A DNA stretch of 64,000 bases. Source: Eledone cirrhosa (Eukaryota). The DNA lies in NCBI GenBank assembly GCA_964016885.1, contig OZ024742.1:261144001-261208000 (forward strand), given 5' to 3'. The position numbers were made by a program, and so were the translations under genes. The notes under the pieces were generated by a model. That model saw nothing but the letters and a program-made list of their open reading frames with translations. It was not told the origin of the DNA and did no database searches. Numbering within the stretch: position 1 is the stretch's first letter; each line of letters opens with the position of its first letter. Of this stretch, positions 39,745 to 52,619 are shown in pieces.

Positions 39745-41700
39745 CGATTTTTCGAAGATCTGCCGCAGTGCGAATATTTAGTCGGCTGTGCTGTGTCTGA
39801 GGCGAGAACCGCACTGTTCATCAGCTAGCTTGGACTCAACAATCTCCCTACATCTCTTTGCCAGACACTTAGCATAGACCTTACCTGGGAGGCTTAATAA
39901 GGAGATCCCTCTATAATTGGAACAATCTCTTGTCTCTGCTTAAGTGCCTTTCCAGAGATCCAGGTCACCCAGCACACGAGTCAACCAAAGGCTACCTTCT
40001 CTATTTAAGGCTTTTAACATCTCGAACCGGATTTTATCTTCCCCAGCAGCCTTGCCACATTTGAGCTCTTTAATTGAACTGGTGACCTCAGCTCCTTAGA
40101 GATTAGTTACTGCGCCCAGATGTACCATCTATACATCAGAAGATCCTGTTTGTGTTTAGATCAGCAAAGTATTCTCTCCACCTCTCTGGAGAGAGAACTC
40201 CAGACACGTTCCTGATTTGCTGAGCAATCTCCACGGTTTCAACGTCCTCAGTTTTCTCAGGGAGTTCTCTAAATTTGAATGCAATAGTATCTGCATACCT
40301 GGTCCTGACTTCCTTATCCACCAAGGCTTCCCACTTTATCCTGTAGGTTGCCCTGGACCTGCCAATTTTGTGGGCTTCTTTGGCTTTAGGTAGTCTCAAG
40401 TTGCAGACAACTAGGTGATCAGTTGATAGCTCAGCCCCTCTTAACACAGAATTGAAGAGATCAGAGACAATAACAAAATCAGTTATTGATCTCTGTCCCT
40501 GATCCCCCTTATCCCATGCGTATTTATGAATGTCTCTGTGTTGGAAGGTGTTCACAATAGTGAGTCCATTGCAAGAATAGAAGTCTAATAAGGCATCTCC
40601 ATTTGTATTCAGATTATAATCACCATTTATATTTAGATCAGAGTCGCTGTTCCTTCCAATCACACCTTTCCATGTCAGGTAGTGAGTGCCAACATGTACA
40701 TTGAAGTCTCTCTCCCATCAGGATATATGATTCAGTCTTAACTACATTTAATACTGCAGGGATTTCATCAAGGAAAGATCTGTATTCGAACTCCTTGTTT
40801 AGTGCATAACCCACAGTGACCTATCTTACAACCTAAGCTTCAAGAGATGAATCCCATCCTAATGGTATCCAGTCCAGAACACATTCTGACAGCCAGGGGC
40901 TTGTAAGTACCCCTACTCCTGCTTGTGCAGTAATTTCTAGTGCCACACCTGAATAGTGAAGTTTCCATCCTCCATCCAAATCTACAGTACCAGAGCCACG
41001 GAACTTGGTTGAGGAATCCCTGACTATATTTAGCCTCACCCACTAGTTCCTGTGCCTTACCTGAAAGGTTGTGATGTTCCATGTTTCAATTGTCAATGCG
41101 ATCTTTGTGCCCATTCCATGCCTCCCAGGACAGTTTGCAGCCCCATTGCCAGTTTTTGCAGCATGAAATGGAGACTGCAATATATTTTTCGAACAGTCCC
41201 CTCTACCTAAGGCCTGAACACGTCCCTCATTAACCCATGCAAAGGACAATGTGGTATGATTCTTTTTAATACTTCTCACCATATTGCAGTTTTGGTGGTC
41301 TTATTCGAACCAGTCACCAATCTGGTACTCTCTCAAACCCTCGAAGACTAGGCTTTTTTTAGAGGTGGCCTTTACTCGCCTTTTCATAGCTACATCACTG
41401 GTTTGTGAAAGTTTTTTTCGGAGATGCAGGTGTCACCCATTGTTCCATCTCTCCTAGTAGTTTACCGCAGCTGGTCCGGAGTTGCTTATTCGTCTGGCAG
41501 CTGCCCACTTATTTCGCAACAGACCATATCTGGTGCCCCTATTGCTATCCACCACCTGTGACCTATTCTCTATCAGAACATCTCTGCCAAGAAGACTGGC
41601 TTGCTACGTCTGTCAAAGAGTAACACTGGTGTTCCAAGGCAAGCTCAGCGTGGATGGAAACTACATGTTGATTGAAAGGCTCTTCCTATCATTATGAAGC
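39745..41700 (-). mobile_element. Old RTE-group LINE (second family), 5' half
   Basis: ETWNITT, GWKLHYSGV..AQAGVGVL, DFNVHVG, LNTNGDALLDF, HRDIHKY, DFVIVS, ELSTDHLVV, KAAGEDKI. Confidence 0.75.
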
Positions 41701-41819
41701 AGAATTCGCAAAGCATTGAATTGTTCACCCACAACAAATAAACATAATTCATATAAAAAAGCTGTTAAAAAAAGAGAGAAACATGCACAGTCAATCATAG
41801 GCCATACGGGGCACTGGCG

Positions 41820-42345
41820 TTTCCCTCTAACTTTTGAGGCAAGCCAACATACTCACATTACTAAGACTGTTAGGCTAAGACACTGGAATAACCTATCACT
41901 CTTGCACACCTAATATGTCCGTAAAGCAAGCCGCCAACAATAACAACAACTTTGCTGTCAGCAGCCCAGCTTCCCAAAACGTCTTGAATGCCAGACGCTG
42001 AAAAAATAGTTTGCTCATAATTCTTGGTATTTTAGAATTCTATTCTGTTCAGTACGTATGCAATGACCCTCAACTTCGCTGCAACATCCATGGTGTGGGA
42101 AAGAGCAAGAGTCGCTAACTGTGGCATCCCAAATGAGACATCTACCTCTTGCCTATGGGCAAAGGGTAAGACCATCTGGCCTATTTCCATCAACTCTGGA
42201 TAATCGGGCTGGCTCCAGAATTGAGGAGATATTGACTCGAGCCAGAGCCTACTTGATAATTAGGTGTATGGTGAATGAAACAGCATGTATTCAAACTGCA
42301 TATCAATACATGAAAACCCAGAGTCAAGAGCCCTGCCACAGTGAT
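41820..42345 (-). mobile_element. CRE-like non-LTR element 3' fragment (RLE domain)
   Basis: [52 protein letters not shown] (PD-(D/E) motif). Confidence 0.75.
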
Positions 42346-42501
42346 AGATTAATAACGAGAAAGTTAGTTATATAAATATATCCCTTCAAATTCTTGATTA
42401 TTTTCGAAATTATTTGAAAATCAGAGGCAGTATCTTTCATTAGAAATATGGTAATGGAAAAACATTTATTTAAAATGTATCAACAGCTTCGAAAAACTTA
42501 C

Positions 42502-42587
42502 ATTTAACTAAATCTAAAATGTTTCCTTCCTTGAATAATCTGTTCATTGTGGAATTAGTTATATTCTCAATAAAGACATCCATATAC
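42502..42587 (-). CDS. Candidate exon 2 of an unidentified divergent gene
   Basis: AAG|G-TAT..AAA-T|GTAAGT; 86 nt open (YMDVFIENITNSTMNRLFKEGNILDLVK), phase-compatible with 43107-43237; acceptor lacks a pyrimidine tract. Confidence 0.35.
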
Positions 42588-43106
42588 CTTGGATGAATCT
42601 CTCTCTATATATACATACATACACACACACATATATATATATATAATTTACATTAAACGACTTTAAAATTATAATAAATAATAGCATTCCTGCCTAATAT
42701 CATCGGAAATTATCTATTCGCTTTTTTGTTGTTATGGTTTTGGGATTGGTTATACAAAAATAAAAAAAGGGGGTCCCATCTAAATCCACAACAAAAGTCT
42801 TTTTTTTTTTTTTTTTACAGATTTTGGAATAAACTAGAAGACTGTTCGAATCAAAACTGTAGAGCGAAATATTAAATATAGTAAATGCGAGAGGACTTCT
42901 ATAATGCTGGAATTTTCGGCAAAATGCGTGATGAGAAAGCAAATGCTGGAAACTCCCGCATAATGCATGAAGGTCAACAAGCATGATAATTGAAGGGGTG
43001 TGCATAACATTTTTTTAGATGTATAACTCATATTTATTGTTGTTGTCCATTTGTTTTGTTGATAGTTTGTGAATGTATTTTGAAATCATATGAATTAAAC
43101 TCTTAC

Positions 43107-43237
43107 CCCATGTGAGCAAAATAAACATAGATGGTAGCAAGTGGGTATATTGTTTCTAATACTGACCGTAGATACCAGTGAATTAATAAAAACAAAGAAA
43201 CTACAGAGACGAAGATACATAACAAATAATTGGGCAT
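43107..43237 (-). CDS. Candidate exon 1 of an unidentified divergent gene (N-terminal hydrophobic segment)
   Basis: ATG at 43237 (in-frame ATG also at 43258): MPNYLLCIFVSVVSLFLLIHWYLRSVLETIYPLATIYVYFAHMG, then GG|GTAAGA donor. Confidence 0.4.
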
Positions 43238-43259
43238 AAATCGACAACGTACAAACATC

Positions 43260-43549
43260 AAAATTTAGTGACATTTCTCAAGCGAATGTCTTCTACGTTA
43301 TTTAAAAACTCTTCCAGGAACTCAACTCTCATATTTACGTACGCTGTTGCTAAGAGATGAATGGGAGTATGCTTTTTTTTCAAGTCCACTTTTATAAACG
43401 TTAATTACTTTTAAGGTTTGGAGTAAATATTTGATAATTAAAAGAAATTAAAAAAAGAAAAATAATAAAAGAAGTTTCTGTTATGTGAATATTAATCTCG
43501 TTGTGACGAGATCTAGACAAAGAACTGTAGAGAGTATTACTCTAGGAAA
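43260..43549. promoter_or_regulatory. Putative NPLOC4 promoter/5'UTR, possibly bidirectional
   Basis: No recognisable TE, relatively CpG-retaining, directly upstream of the NPLOC4 ATG; inferred from position only. Confidence 0.4.
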
Positions 43550-43564
43550 ATGCCGACAGATTTG
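43550..43564 (+). CDS. NPLOC4: NPLOC4 coding exon 1 (MPTDL)
   Basis: AAAATGCCGACAGATTTG|GTGAGT; phase 0 joins exon 2; parallels the vertebrate MAESI start. Confidence 0.75.
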
Positions 43565-44191
43565 GTGAGTTTTTTACGTGATTCGTTATTTTGCATTATA
43601 TAAATAATTTTGAACTGAAATATTTGAACAGCTTTTATTTTTTTCATATACTATTATATCGTTGTTTGTGTTTGTTTGTTTCTTTGTTGTCCGTTAAAGT
43701 GTTTTTGTTTAAATGAAGTCGAGATTTCGTCGAGTCACTGTTTGGTTTGTTGTGATCGGCGGCTATTTGTGTGTCTACAGACAACTTCCACTTTCTGTTG
43801 CCCCGTACGCACTCCCGAGTGTTAAAAAAATCAACAAAAAACAGCCCATATACATTTATAGTTTGTTATTTAAACATATCTTCAATAAACAAAGTCTTAA
43901 GTATAGATTCCATTTCACTTGCCACAAGGCCAAATTGTGTAAATCAAACCATACTGAACTAGTATATTACAAATATTTATTTTGTCACTCTCTGCTGAAG
44001 GTGTTGCTACTAAATCTTTTTGTAGATGGGGTGTATATAAGTATATATAGTCCAACGAAATCAATTTCAGCATGTACATGGTCCTATTATGTTTATTTAT
44101 TTATTCTATTGTCACGGAATGGACGATATGTGATTACTACTTAGTCGTTTCGGTTTGAACGACAAACTTTGGCCTTATGGTAAGTGAATGG

Positions 44192-44257
<66 letters not shown>

Positions 44258-44719
44258 CTAATTGTAGATTAGTTTAAATAACAATGCTGTATCCCTGAGT
44301 TTTGTAAAAAGCACCTAAAGAGGTTGTTGATAGGAAGGGTATCTGGCTGTATGATGTATATCAAATCTATCATAGAGCCCGCAAGGCTTTAACGGGGAGA
44401 ATGGTCTTAAAGCGCTTCTTGTTGAAATAACAATGAATATAAGAAAAAAAAACAAAAACGGATGACTAGTTCGATTTTTGAACTTTAAACAGTAATGAAC
44501 CTAACTTGATACAATTAAGCGTTCTTCTCTCTCGGGAGCCTCTACATAGTTGCTGACCTGCGATAAATCACAGCTATCTCCTCAAATCACACCCTTGTTT
44601 CCAATAAAGAAATGACGCATTGGATAATGTAATTTTTGGCATACCCACCAAATACATACTGGTTACGTACGACTGAAATGCCTTTAATCAGGTCTACTCG
44701 ATCAAGTGTGTGTGTGTTC

Positions 44720-44990
44720 TAGTACCGTCAGTTCCGACGACGTGTGTTCCAGCCTGCTCGTGAATTTAACGTGTGACTGAGCATTGCGCAAACACATGTA
44801 TCCTTAGCATAGTTCTCATGGAGATCCGGCGACATTTGAATTATAGCTACAACTCATTTTTGCTTGCTGAGTGGACTGGGACATGTGAAAAAATGTATCT
44901 TGCTTAAGGACACAATGCACTGCCAGGAATCAAACCCACGATCTAACGATCGTGTGATCGTGTGCTGAACATCTTAACCACTAAACCATG
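44720..44990 (-). mobile_element. tRNA-derived SINE, decayed
   Basis: Similar to 17790-18009 (TCTTGCTTAAGGACACAATGC..CCAGGAATC..TAACCACTAAACC). Confidence 0.55.
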
Positions 44991-45129
44991 TAGAGATATA
45001 AACACCAACAGTCACATTAGACATGGAACTATCGAGAGAGGCCTCTGTATCCTGCGTCTAAGCCGGAAACTTCGTTTATCAGCTGATTTATTATTTAACA
45101 AAGCGTACTTTTTGCAATAATCTATGACA

Positions 45130-45310
45130 CATTCTCTAGTGGCAACCTGGAGCCTTCCAGCGTTCTTGGGCCCCAGACCTCACCCCTGCTCACTGCTATC
45201 GGAGCGGACTTGGCTGCCCGCGGGTACGAGGTGGAGTGTCTGTTCCAGTGCGTCTCCCTCGCTGTCCACCGGGGCAGTGTATTTATGCTGTCCTCTGGGA
45301 CTCAGAGGTA
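45130..45310 (+). mobile_element. CRE-like element extreme 3' fragment
   Basis: VLGPQTSPLLTAIG..CLFQCVSLAVHRGS matches the FQRxSxAxxRGN C-terminus of such elements. Confidence 0.5.
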
Positions 45311-45365
45311 AGTTAGTTGGAGGTGGAAGATACTCGTTCACACATACAAACATGTTCAGTCCTAA

Positions 45366-45560
45366 AATAATTGTTTCTACTTTTTGGCACAGGGCCAGCA
45401 ATTACCCAGTATATTACTGGTACTTTATTTTATCGACCTCGTAAGGATGAAAGGCAAAGTTAACCTCGGCGGGATTTGAACTCAGATCGTAAAGGGACGT
45501 AACTATGCTAGAAAGCATGTCTGACCCTCTACCGATATTGCCAATTCACAGTCCTAAAAT
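45366..45560 (-). mobile_element. SINE (second family)
   Basis: Reverse complement of 46569-46766; B-box-like GAGTTCAAATCCC. Confidence 0.8.
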
Positions 45561-46568
45561 AATGGAATATCAACAGTTTTCCAAGCTTGTATTATATCCT
45601 AAACACTAACGCTGTTCACTAGATAGAGAACCTGTACGTGGTCACTCGATGTGCTAGAAATAACAACCAAATCTTCAAATAAAACCTTAAAAAATGGACA
45701 CATTGATGAATGTTGTCTTTCACAAATAATGGTCATTGCTGGAATACTTTTGATCATAGGTTTACTCAATTATGGCTGACCTAAGACTAAACAACAATAG
45801 TTAGTGTTTTTTTCTAATGCCTTTCTGTTAACTATGAGGTGGTATCAAAAGGTTCCCAGACTATTTATGTTTAAAAAAACCTAATATATTTATTTAAGTT
45901 TTAACATAATTTCCTTGGAAATAGTCACCTTGTGCAGCAATACGCTGGTCCCAGCATTCCTGCCACTTTTGGAATCCGGCCTGGAAGTTGTTTTCCGTAA
46001 GCGAGTTCAGGACCTTCTGCGATTCGCTCTGGATCTTGGCAACAGTGTTAAAATGACGATCTTTAAACTGCATTTTCAACTTGGAAAAGAGATGGAAGTC
46101 CACCGGTGCTAATTCTGGCGAATAGGGCGGAAGCAATACAATGTTGTTTTGAGCGAGAAACTCACGAGTGAGGAGAGCTCTGTAACAGGGTGTATTGTCG
46201 TTGTGAGGAATCCAATTCTTCATGCTTTATAGATATGGTCGCTTTCGACGAACGTCCTCCCTCAAATGCTTCAAAATATTGCAGTAGATTTCTCGTTTGA
46301 CGGTCTGGCCCTGGGGGACGAATTCTTGATGCACATCAGTTGTTAGCTGTCGAGACACTGCATCCTTTAAAACCTCCATGCTTCCTGAGATTCGTCAACA
46401 CTACATCTGATGTCCCCCCTCCATACACACGCACACATGTATTTCATGACTCATACACTGATCATTTTCCTGACATTTGTACATTATTCTATGTACTATA
46501 CATGCACCTTTTGATGAGTTGTAATGCACCTGAACACTATACACAATAATTTCATTATTATTATTATT

Positions 46569-46766
46569 AAGGGCGGTGGATTGGCAGTATCGGTAGAGAG
46601 TCGGACACCATGCTTTAAAGCATAGAGTTACGTCCTTTTATGATCTGAGTTCAAATCCCGCCGAGGTTAACTTTGCCTTTCATCCTCACGGGGTCGATAA
46701 AATAAAGTAACAGTAATGTACTGGGTAATTGCTGGCCTTGTGCCAAAAGTATCATAGAAACAATTA
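46569..46766 (+). mobile_element. SINE (second family)
   Basis: AAGGGCGGTGGATTGGCAG..CTGAGTTCAAATCCCGCCGAGG..CTTTGCCTTTCATCC..GGCCTTGTGCC..GAAACAATTA. Confidence 0.8.
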
Positions 46767-47471
46767 TCTAATATATATTTGTGAAATGGGTGGTGGTTGA
46801 AATTCAGATGTGCACGGTTAAATGGTAGTAGACGTGGTCGGACGGACATGAAAATTTACACACTTATGTAAAAAGTGCCAAGGAAGCAAATAGACGAGGT
46901 TTCAAATCTCTAACTTGAAAAATGTGGTCCCGAGGGCCCCCAAACGCGTTCTGTGAGTTATTTCCCCCTGTTCTAATACTTGGCTGAGTTATTTACAATT
47001 TCATACAAATTTTAAAACTCATCAACGTTCTTTCGCTGTTAACATACAGTACCAATAATTTGAAAAATATTATTGAAAGTTTATTATAAAGAAGCAGTTT
47101 CATGAAAAAAAATAAAAATATGCACTTGGTGCTTATGAAATCGATTCTGCAGTACGGTCACTGTTTTCCATCAAAAGAAATAAAACCCTTAAATTGCGAA
47201 GAAGGGACACGTGTTTTTATTTTAATTCATGTTAACCACCACTAACAGTAAATAGTATTTTTCAAATTGCATATCGTCGACATTGCTATTTCGCTGTTAA
47301 TAAACAACGCTTTTCATGTCGCTCCACTTCTCATTGTACGCCGTCCAGCCCCAAGTGCATATTTCTATTTTTTTCCTGAAACTGCTTCTTTATAATAAAC
47401 TTTCAATAATATTTTTCAAATTATTAACTTAATAAAAAGTGGCCCCGGGTGCAACCGGGCTCAGCTGCTAA
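46767..47471 (+). mobile_element. Non-autonomous Helitron with an internal inverted repeat
   Basis: A|TCTAATATATA start; CCCGGGTGCAACCGGG hairpin then CTAA|T; IR arms 47054-47129 and 47351-47425. Confidence 0.7.
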
Positions 47472-49404
47472 TTATTATTATTACTAAAAAAACGATGAGC
47501 ATGGTCTTGATTGGGCTGCGCTCTGTCGTGCCTTCATCGGTGGTGGAGATGAAGGGCTTTTCTACTGCATCGACTGCTGCTTTGTTTCAGGGTTGTACTC
47601 ATAGACCCAACTCTCATCATTGGAGATGATCCTTGACATGAAGGATAGGTCATCAGTGGCACAGTGACAGAGATCTTGACAGACTTCGACCCGATGTTCT
47701 TTCTGCTCAGTGGTTAGCAGGCAGGGAACAAACTTGGCAGTAACACGCCGTATGTTTAATTCAGATGTTAGGATTGCCTGCAATGACCCATACGATAGAC
47801 CAACAGCAACAACAATATCATTGATTGTCCTCCGACAATCTTCATGCACAAGCTGATTAATTTTCTCCACATTTCCAGGGGTGGCGCTCGTAGCATGTCT
47901 TCCAGGGACCTTCTTTGAAGTACCTGTGCCACTTGAAACATTACATATGGCCCATTGCCTCATTGGCGTAAGCTTGCTGAAGCATACTCAATGTCTCTGT
48001 AGCAGTCTTCCCAAGTTGAACACAAAATACCACATTGGCTCTTTGTTCCAACTCCCTGTTTATGACAAAATCGCAGGCTACAGCATCCAGATGATCACAA
48101 AAACACAAATTTCACAACTTGCGAAGTGAACACAACAATGTCACTCGGCACACTGGCGTATGAAGGTCAGTGCTAGCTCTCACTGCACATGCAACCATGT
48201 GTTGCCATCTGTTGGCGCGCTACAGAACTAGTTCTGAAACTTTTTGATATCGCATTATAGCTGTTATTTTTTTTTCTTTCTAAATACCATCCAGCCGACA
48301 TATGACATCTGGAAATAGCAGCCAAACTTCTTTTAAATTACACATTGGATAAGGTTGTCCTATGACTGTCACGACTGGAATGTCTTTGATTATAAGGTTG
48401 ACCTAGGGCTTAACACCAATGATTTTCACCATCCAATCTTCTACTACTAACGTTAACCATATTCACTACCACTTTTCTTTTCTTTAAAAAATATGATTAT
48501 CTTATAAGTATATTCATTAATTACAAACTAGTGGTGGTTGGGAATATGATGTAAGGAAATTTTTGTGCTTCTAGTCATAGTCATTAGTGTTATTTGAGTG
48601 CAGTGCTGCAAGCTAAGCTATTGAAATATTTATTAATTATACCTATAGGTAAGTAGACTGAGCCAGTGAGAATATAATACAGTGTTGGTGATAAGATTCT
48701 TTGGCAGGTAGCATGGCATACTATTGACTTCTCAAACCATAGAAGTAAAAAGCCTGGAAAAAGATTTACTGCCAGATAATTAATTAGCATTCCAGCTTGA
48801 GTACATAAGAAAACTACCATGTATGTTGTAGTTGGTTTATTTGATCAATCTTTTCGTTACTCTATTTCTAATGAAAACCCTGTGTATGATTTTTAAATTA
48901 TCAAGAATTTTGAGGGATTTAGTAATATAACTAACTTTCTCAGTATTAAGCTAGTGTTTAGAACAAAACAAATGTTCTTACATAGATAGAATTGTGCTGT
49001 CAGATTTTTAAGTAAATATGAACACTTCAAAATAAACAGCTGCATCATAGAACCAGGGGCAGTTTCAGGTGATTTGATATCAAAAGGGTTAAGATAAACA
49101 TGGATCAAAATGATCTCTGTGATGTTTTGCTATTGATCAAAATACCATAACAGTTCTACATTGGAGATGTGTTAAATGTTGGTTTACTAGAAGAAATTCA
49201 ATTATTATTCTAGTTTTATACTGAAATTTATGATGATATCATCATCATTATATGTTCAGTTTTCATGTTGATATAGGTTGGATGAGTTGTCATGGTTCAG
49301 GACTAGATAAGTTAGAGAGATCTTATTTTGCACATACATTCTATATTTAGCTTAGTTTTCTACTCTTTGATGCCCTTCCTAATGCCAACCACCTTACTGA
49401 GTGT

Positions 49405-49713
49405 CATCATCATCACCGTTTTACGTCCGTTCTTCCATGCTAGCATGGGTTAGACGGGTTGTCCTGTTGTGGGTAGTGTCTGGTCGGTTGACCATGCCTT
49501 GTTCATACAGCAACTGATTTTGGCTTGATTTCTACAGCTGGATGCCCTTCCTAACACCAACCACATTTACAGTGTGGGCTGGGTGCTTTTTTGCCGTGGC
49601 ACCTCCACGACCACTTTGCAGTGGGAGGGTATGGGGGCATATTGTCTATATGCTTCAGCTTGTACCCATGGGAGGTCGGGTACTCTGTATTACTGCGTGA
49701 CGCCAGAGGTCAC
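49405..49713 (-). mobile_element. RTE LINE 3' end (same family as 13985-14340)
   Basis: Near-identical to the 3'UTR at 13985-14335; (GAT)n tail. Confidence 0.85.
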
Positions 49714-49940
49714 TGTACTAGATGCATTTTATTTTGGCACTAGCACTACCACTTTGCAGAATGTACTAGGTGCCTTTTATTGTGGCACCAGCACTAACAC
49801 TTTACAGAATGTACTGGATGCATTTTATCATGGCACCAGTACTATCACTTTAAAGAGTATTCTGGGTATATTTTAGCATGGCATCAGCACTACTTCTTAC
49901 CGAGTGTGCTGGGTACATTTTATTGTGGCACTAACATTAG
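49714..49940. repeat. Degenerate 48-bp tandem repeat (about 4.5 copies), related to the RTE 3'UTR
   Basis: TGTACTRGRTGCMTTTTAT..TGGCACYAGCACTA..ACTTT unit recurs. Confidence 0.7.
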
Positions 49941-51747
49941 AAAACTCATTATGACCATGGCAGGGCAAAGATGGTGTGTGAGATAGGCACCATATGGTAG
50001 CTACATATTTGTTACTGAGCAATATGTATTGTTCAGTTTGAATCTTTCCTCTGTGGACCAGTCAGTTACTTATCTTAGTGAGGAAGTAATAATTTTAGTA
50101 AATCTTTGAATTTGGATGGATTTATATAATCAAGAATTTATATGGATTTATATATATTCATGTATAAGCCAAGAAATATGTGACTAAAAAAAAGTTAATG
50201 ATGGGGTCACTATTTTTCCGATTTTCATCAACTTGAACATTTACGTAAAAAAGGCTCCAAAATATCTAGAGTGATTGGTATATAATGAATCACTGTTTTA
50301 TTATATTTTAGAAGCATGTTAATAAAAATCTGTTACATTAGAAAGATGGTGCTATTGTTTTTTTTATAAAAAGGAAGTAAACAAAAATTTTAGAAATTTA
50401 TTGAAACTTCATAAAATAGATGAAATGGTAAAAAAATTATGTAATGGTGTTACAAAACAAAATTTATACTGTAAATGACACTTAAAGGCATTTTAGATAT
50501 CAAAATATTAAAACTTCATAAAAATATGCTCAACTCATGGAAATTTACAAAACTGAGCCATCTAAACATTTTTGCTCATTTCTCACATAGAATAGTGGGG
50601 GGTGACTTACATTCTGATCTGCTTATACATAAGTATATACAGTAACTCTCTAGCTCATTATTAAGCTGATGTTTTGAACATAACAAATGCTCTTACATAA
50701 AATTATGATGGAAGATTTAAAGATAAATATAACTTTAAAAAAAAACAACTTTGTATCATAGAACCAGGAGTGGTTTCAAGCAGTTTCATATAAAAAAAAA
50801 ATTTCATTAGGAATATTGTCATGTGTTGTTATAGGATATTACTATATATATGTTTGTGTGTCTAAAAGTGAGCTGTAACAACATAACAGGAGTAGGGACC
50901 CTATCATTAAAGCACCCAAGAAATCTATGATACATCCATGTAGAAGGCCAGCTAAACTTACATGGGGGGGGGGGGGGGGGGCTGTAATGACAACACGGAC
51001 TGGGGTCCCTATCATTAAAACTCCATAGAAACCTCCTATGAAATACACACTTGCATAAATGTGAGCTGTAAATTTCATTTTTCTTCTCAGCTTAGCTATC
51101 TATCTCTTGTATGTCTTTCATTCGACATATATCTACCAATTTAGTAGAGTTGCCTCCCTTACAATCACTGCCTCCAGTTTCATCTATCTATCGCCTTATA
51201 ATATATCTACTTAAATATATAACCAGCAATTTCTCTGTCTGTCCGACAGTGGAAAATCGTGCGTAGAGAGTGAGAGTGAAAGAAAGAGACAGACTACGAG
51301 AGGGGGATAGCGGGAGGGAGAGAGAGAGAGTGAATAGACGCTAAAACACGTGCTACAGAAACATTACCTTCCCCTCTCCACTGACTTTGGTCACTGAGGC
51401 CGAGGGAATCACGCTGAGCGCGTCATAATGACGTAATGCAGACAGCCAGACATACAGACAGATATTATATGGGCGCAACGTTATATCTATGTATCTATCT
51501 AAAAAGAAAGACTAAGAATTATATAGAGAGAACGCTAAATCGCCTAATGCGGTCCCTAGGGCATTGACAATTTGAAATAATATTTGCTCAAAACACTCAC
51601 AGGACCATAAGTATTACATGTCTAAAGTTTGAAAACAATCGGTTGGATGGTTCTCAAATTTTAGTGAGCTGACAGACAGACAGACATTCTCTGTTTTAGA
51701 TATATAGACTAGCAGAACCCCCCCCCCCCCGGGTGGTTTTCTGCTAA

Positions 51748-52309
51748 TCTATATATATAAAACAGAGGATGTCTATCTGTGTAAATCCTTAAAATTCGAG
51801 AAGTACCCGACCGATTTTTTTCAAACTTTACACATGCGTTACTTATATTTCTTGAAGTGAAGTGCAATGGGCTAAAAGATTTTTTTACTTTTTCTGCCCT
51901 TGGGACCTCATTAGGCTTTTTTGAGACATAACGTAAAGATAATCCAGCTGATTTCCTCGGAATTTGCAACACACATTAGTTAATCCCCTCGCATTGCCGT
52001 GGACAAAAAAGAATTCCCGATTCCATTAATGGTTTCTAGGAAATTTACGAATTAGCATTGGGCATTACATGCCATTTTCATTTTCAATATAAACGCTACT
52101 TAAACATCATAAGTAGCGTATAATATTTCGTTAAAAATTTAGTTTATTTAACTAACTGCATGCTGATGTTCTACGTTTCCAGTAGATGAACAATCATTCC
52201 CTGAGAATAAGGAAATTCAAAAAGTACACAGCTACATTCCTCAATCTTTGCATTTGCGTGTTGCTATTTCACGTTTCCTACCCCGTGCAACGCCAGGTCC
52301 TGCTGCTAG
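51748..52309 (+). mobile_element. Non-autonomous Helitron
   Basis: TCTATATATATAAAACAG start; CCCGTGCAACGCCAGG hairpin remnant then CTGCTAG|T. Confidence 0.75.
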
Positions 52310-52619
52310 TTATATATATTTTTCTTTAAAATATTTCATTTGCAATGAAATCAAACATAGACTTGGGTTGTACTATCTTTACTCGTAATGACTAACTCTT
52401 TTGATATGAAACTACCCTTGATTCTATTATATTAATCTGAGTCCAACACCATAAGTATTAGGAAATGAAAAAAATAAAAGTAAAAGGCTCTTAATTCTAG
52501 ATGGAGTCATTGAGCACTGCCCTGACACATGGCGTGTCTTGGGCATTAAAAAAAAATGTGGGTCAGTCCATTCCTCTCCTTCCAGGGTTGTTGTTGTTTT
52601 TCTTTTTCCTTTTTTCTTT

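Larger units (their letters stand above)
45835..48257 (-). mobile_element. mariner (DD34D-type) transposon, decayed, interrupted at about 46340-47490
   Basis: Imperfect TIRs with TA on both sides (45833, 48258); IISNDESWVYEYNPETKQQS, HNDNTPCY, PPYSPELAPVDFHLF. Confidence 0.88.

Noticed and set aside
50963-50981. PolyG run (and polyC runs near 23127, 51718, 57970) as G-quadruplex elements
   Set aside because: Simple homopolymers, mostly inside repeats, of unreliable length and with no other support
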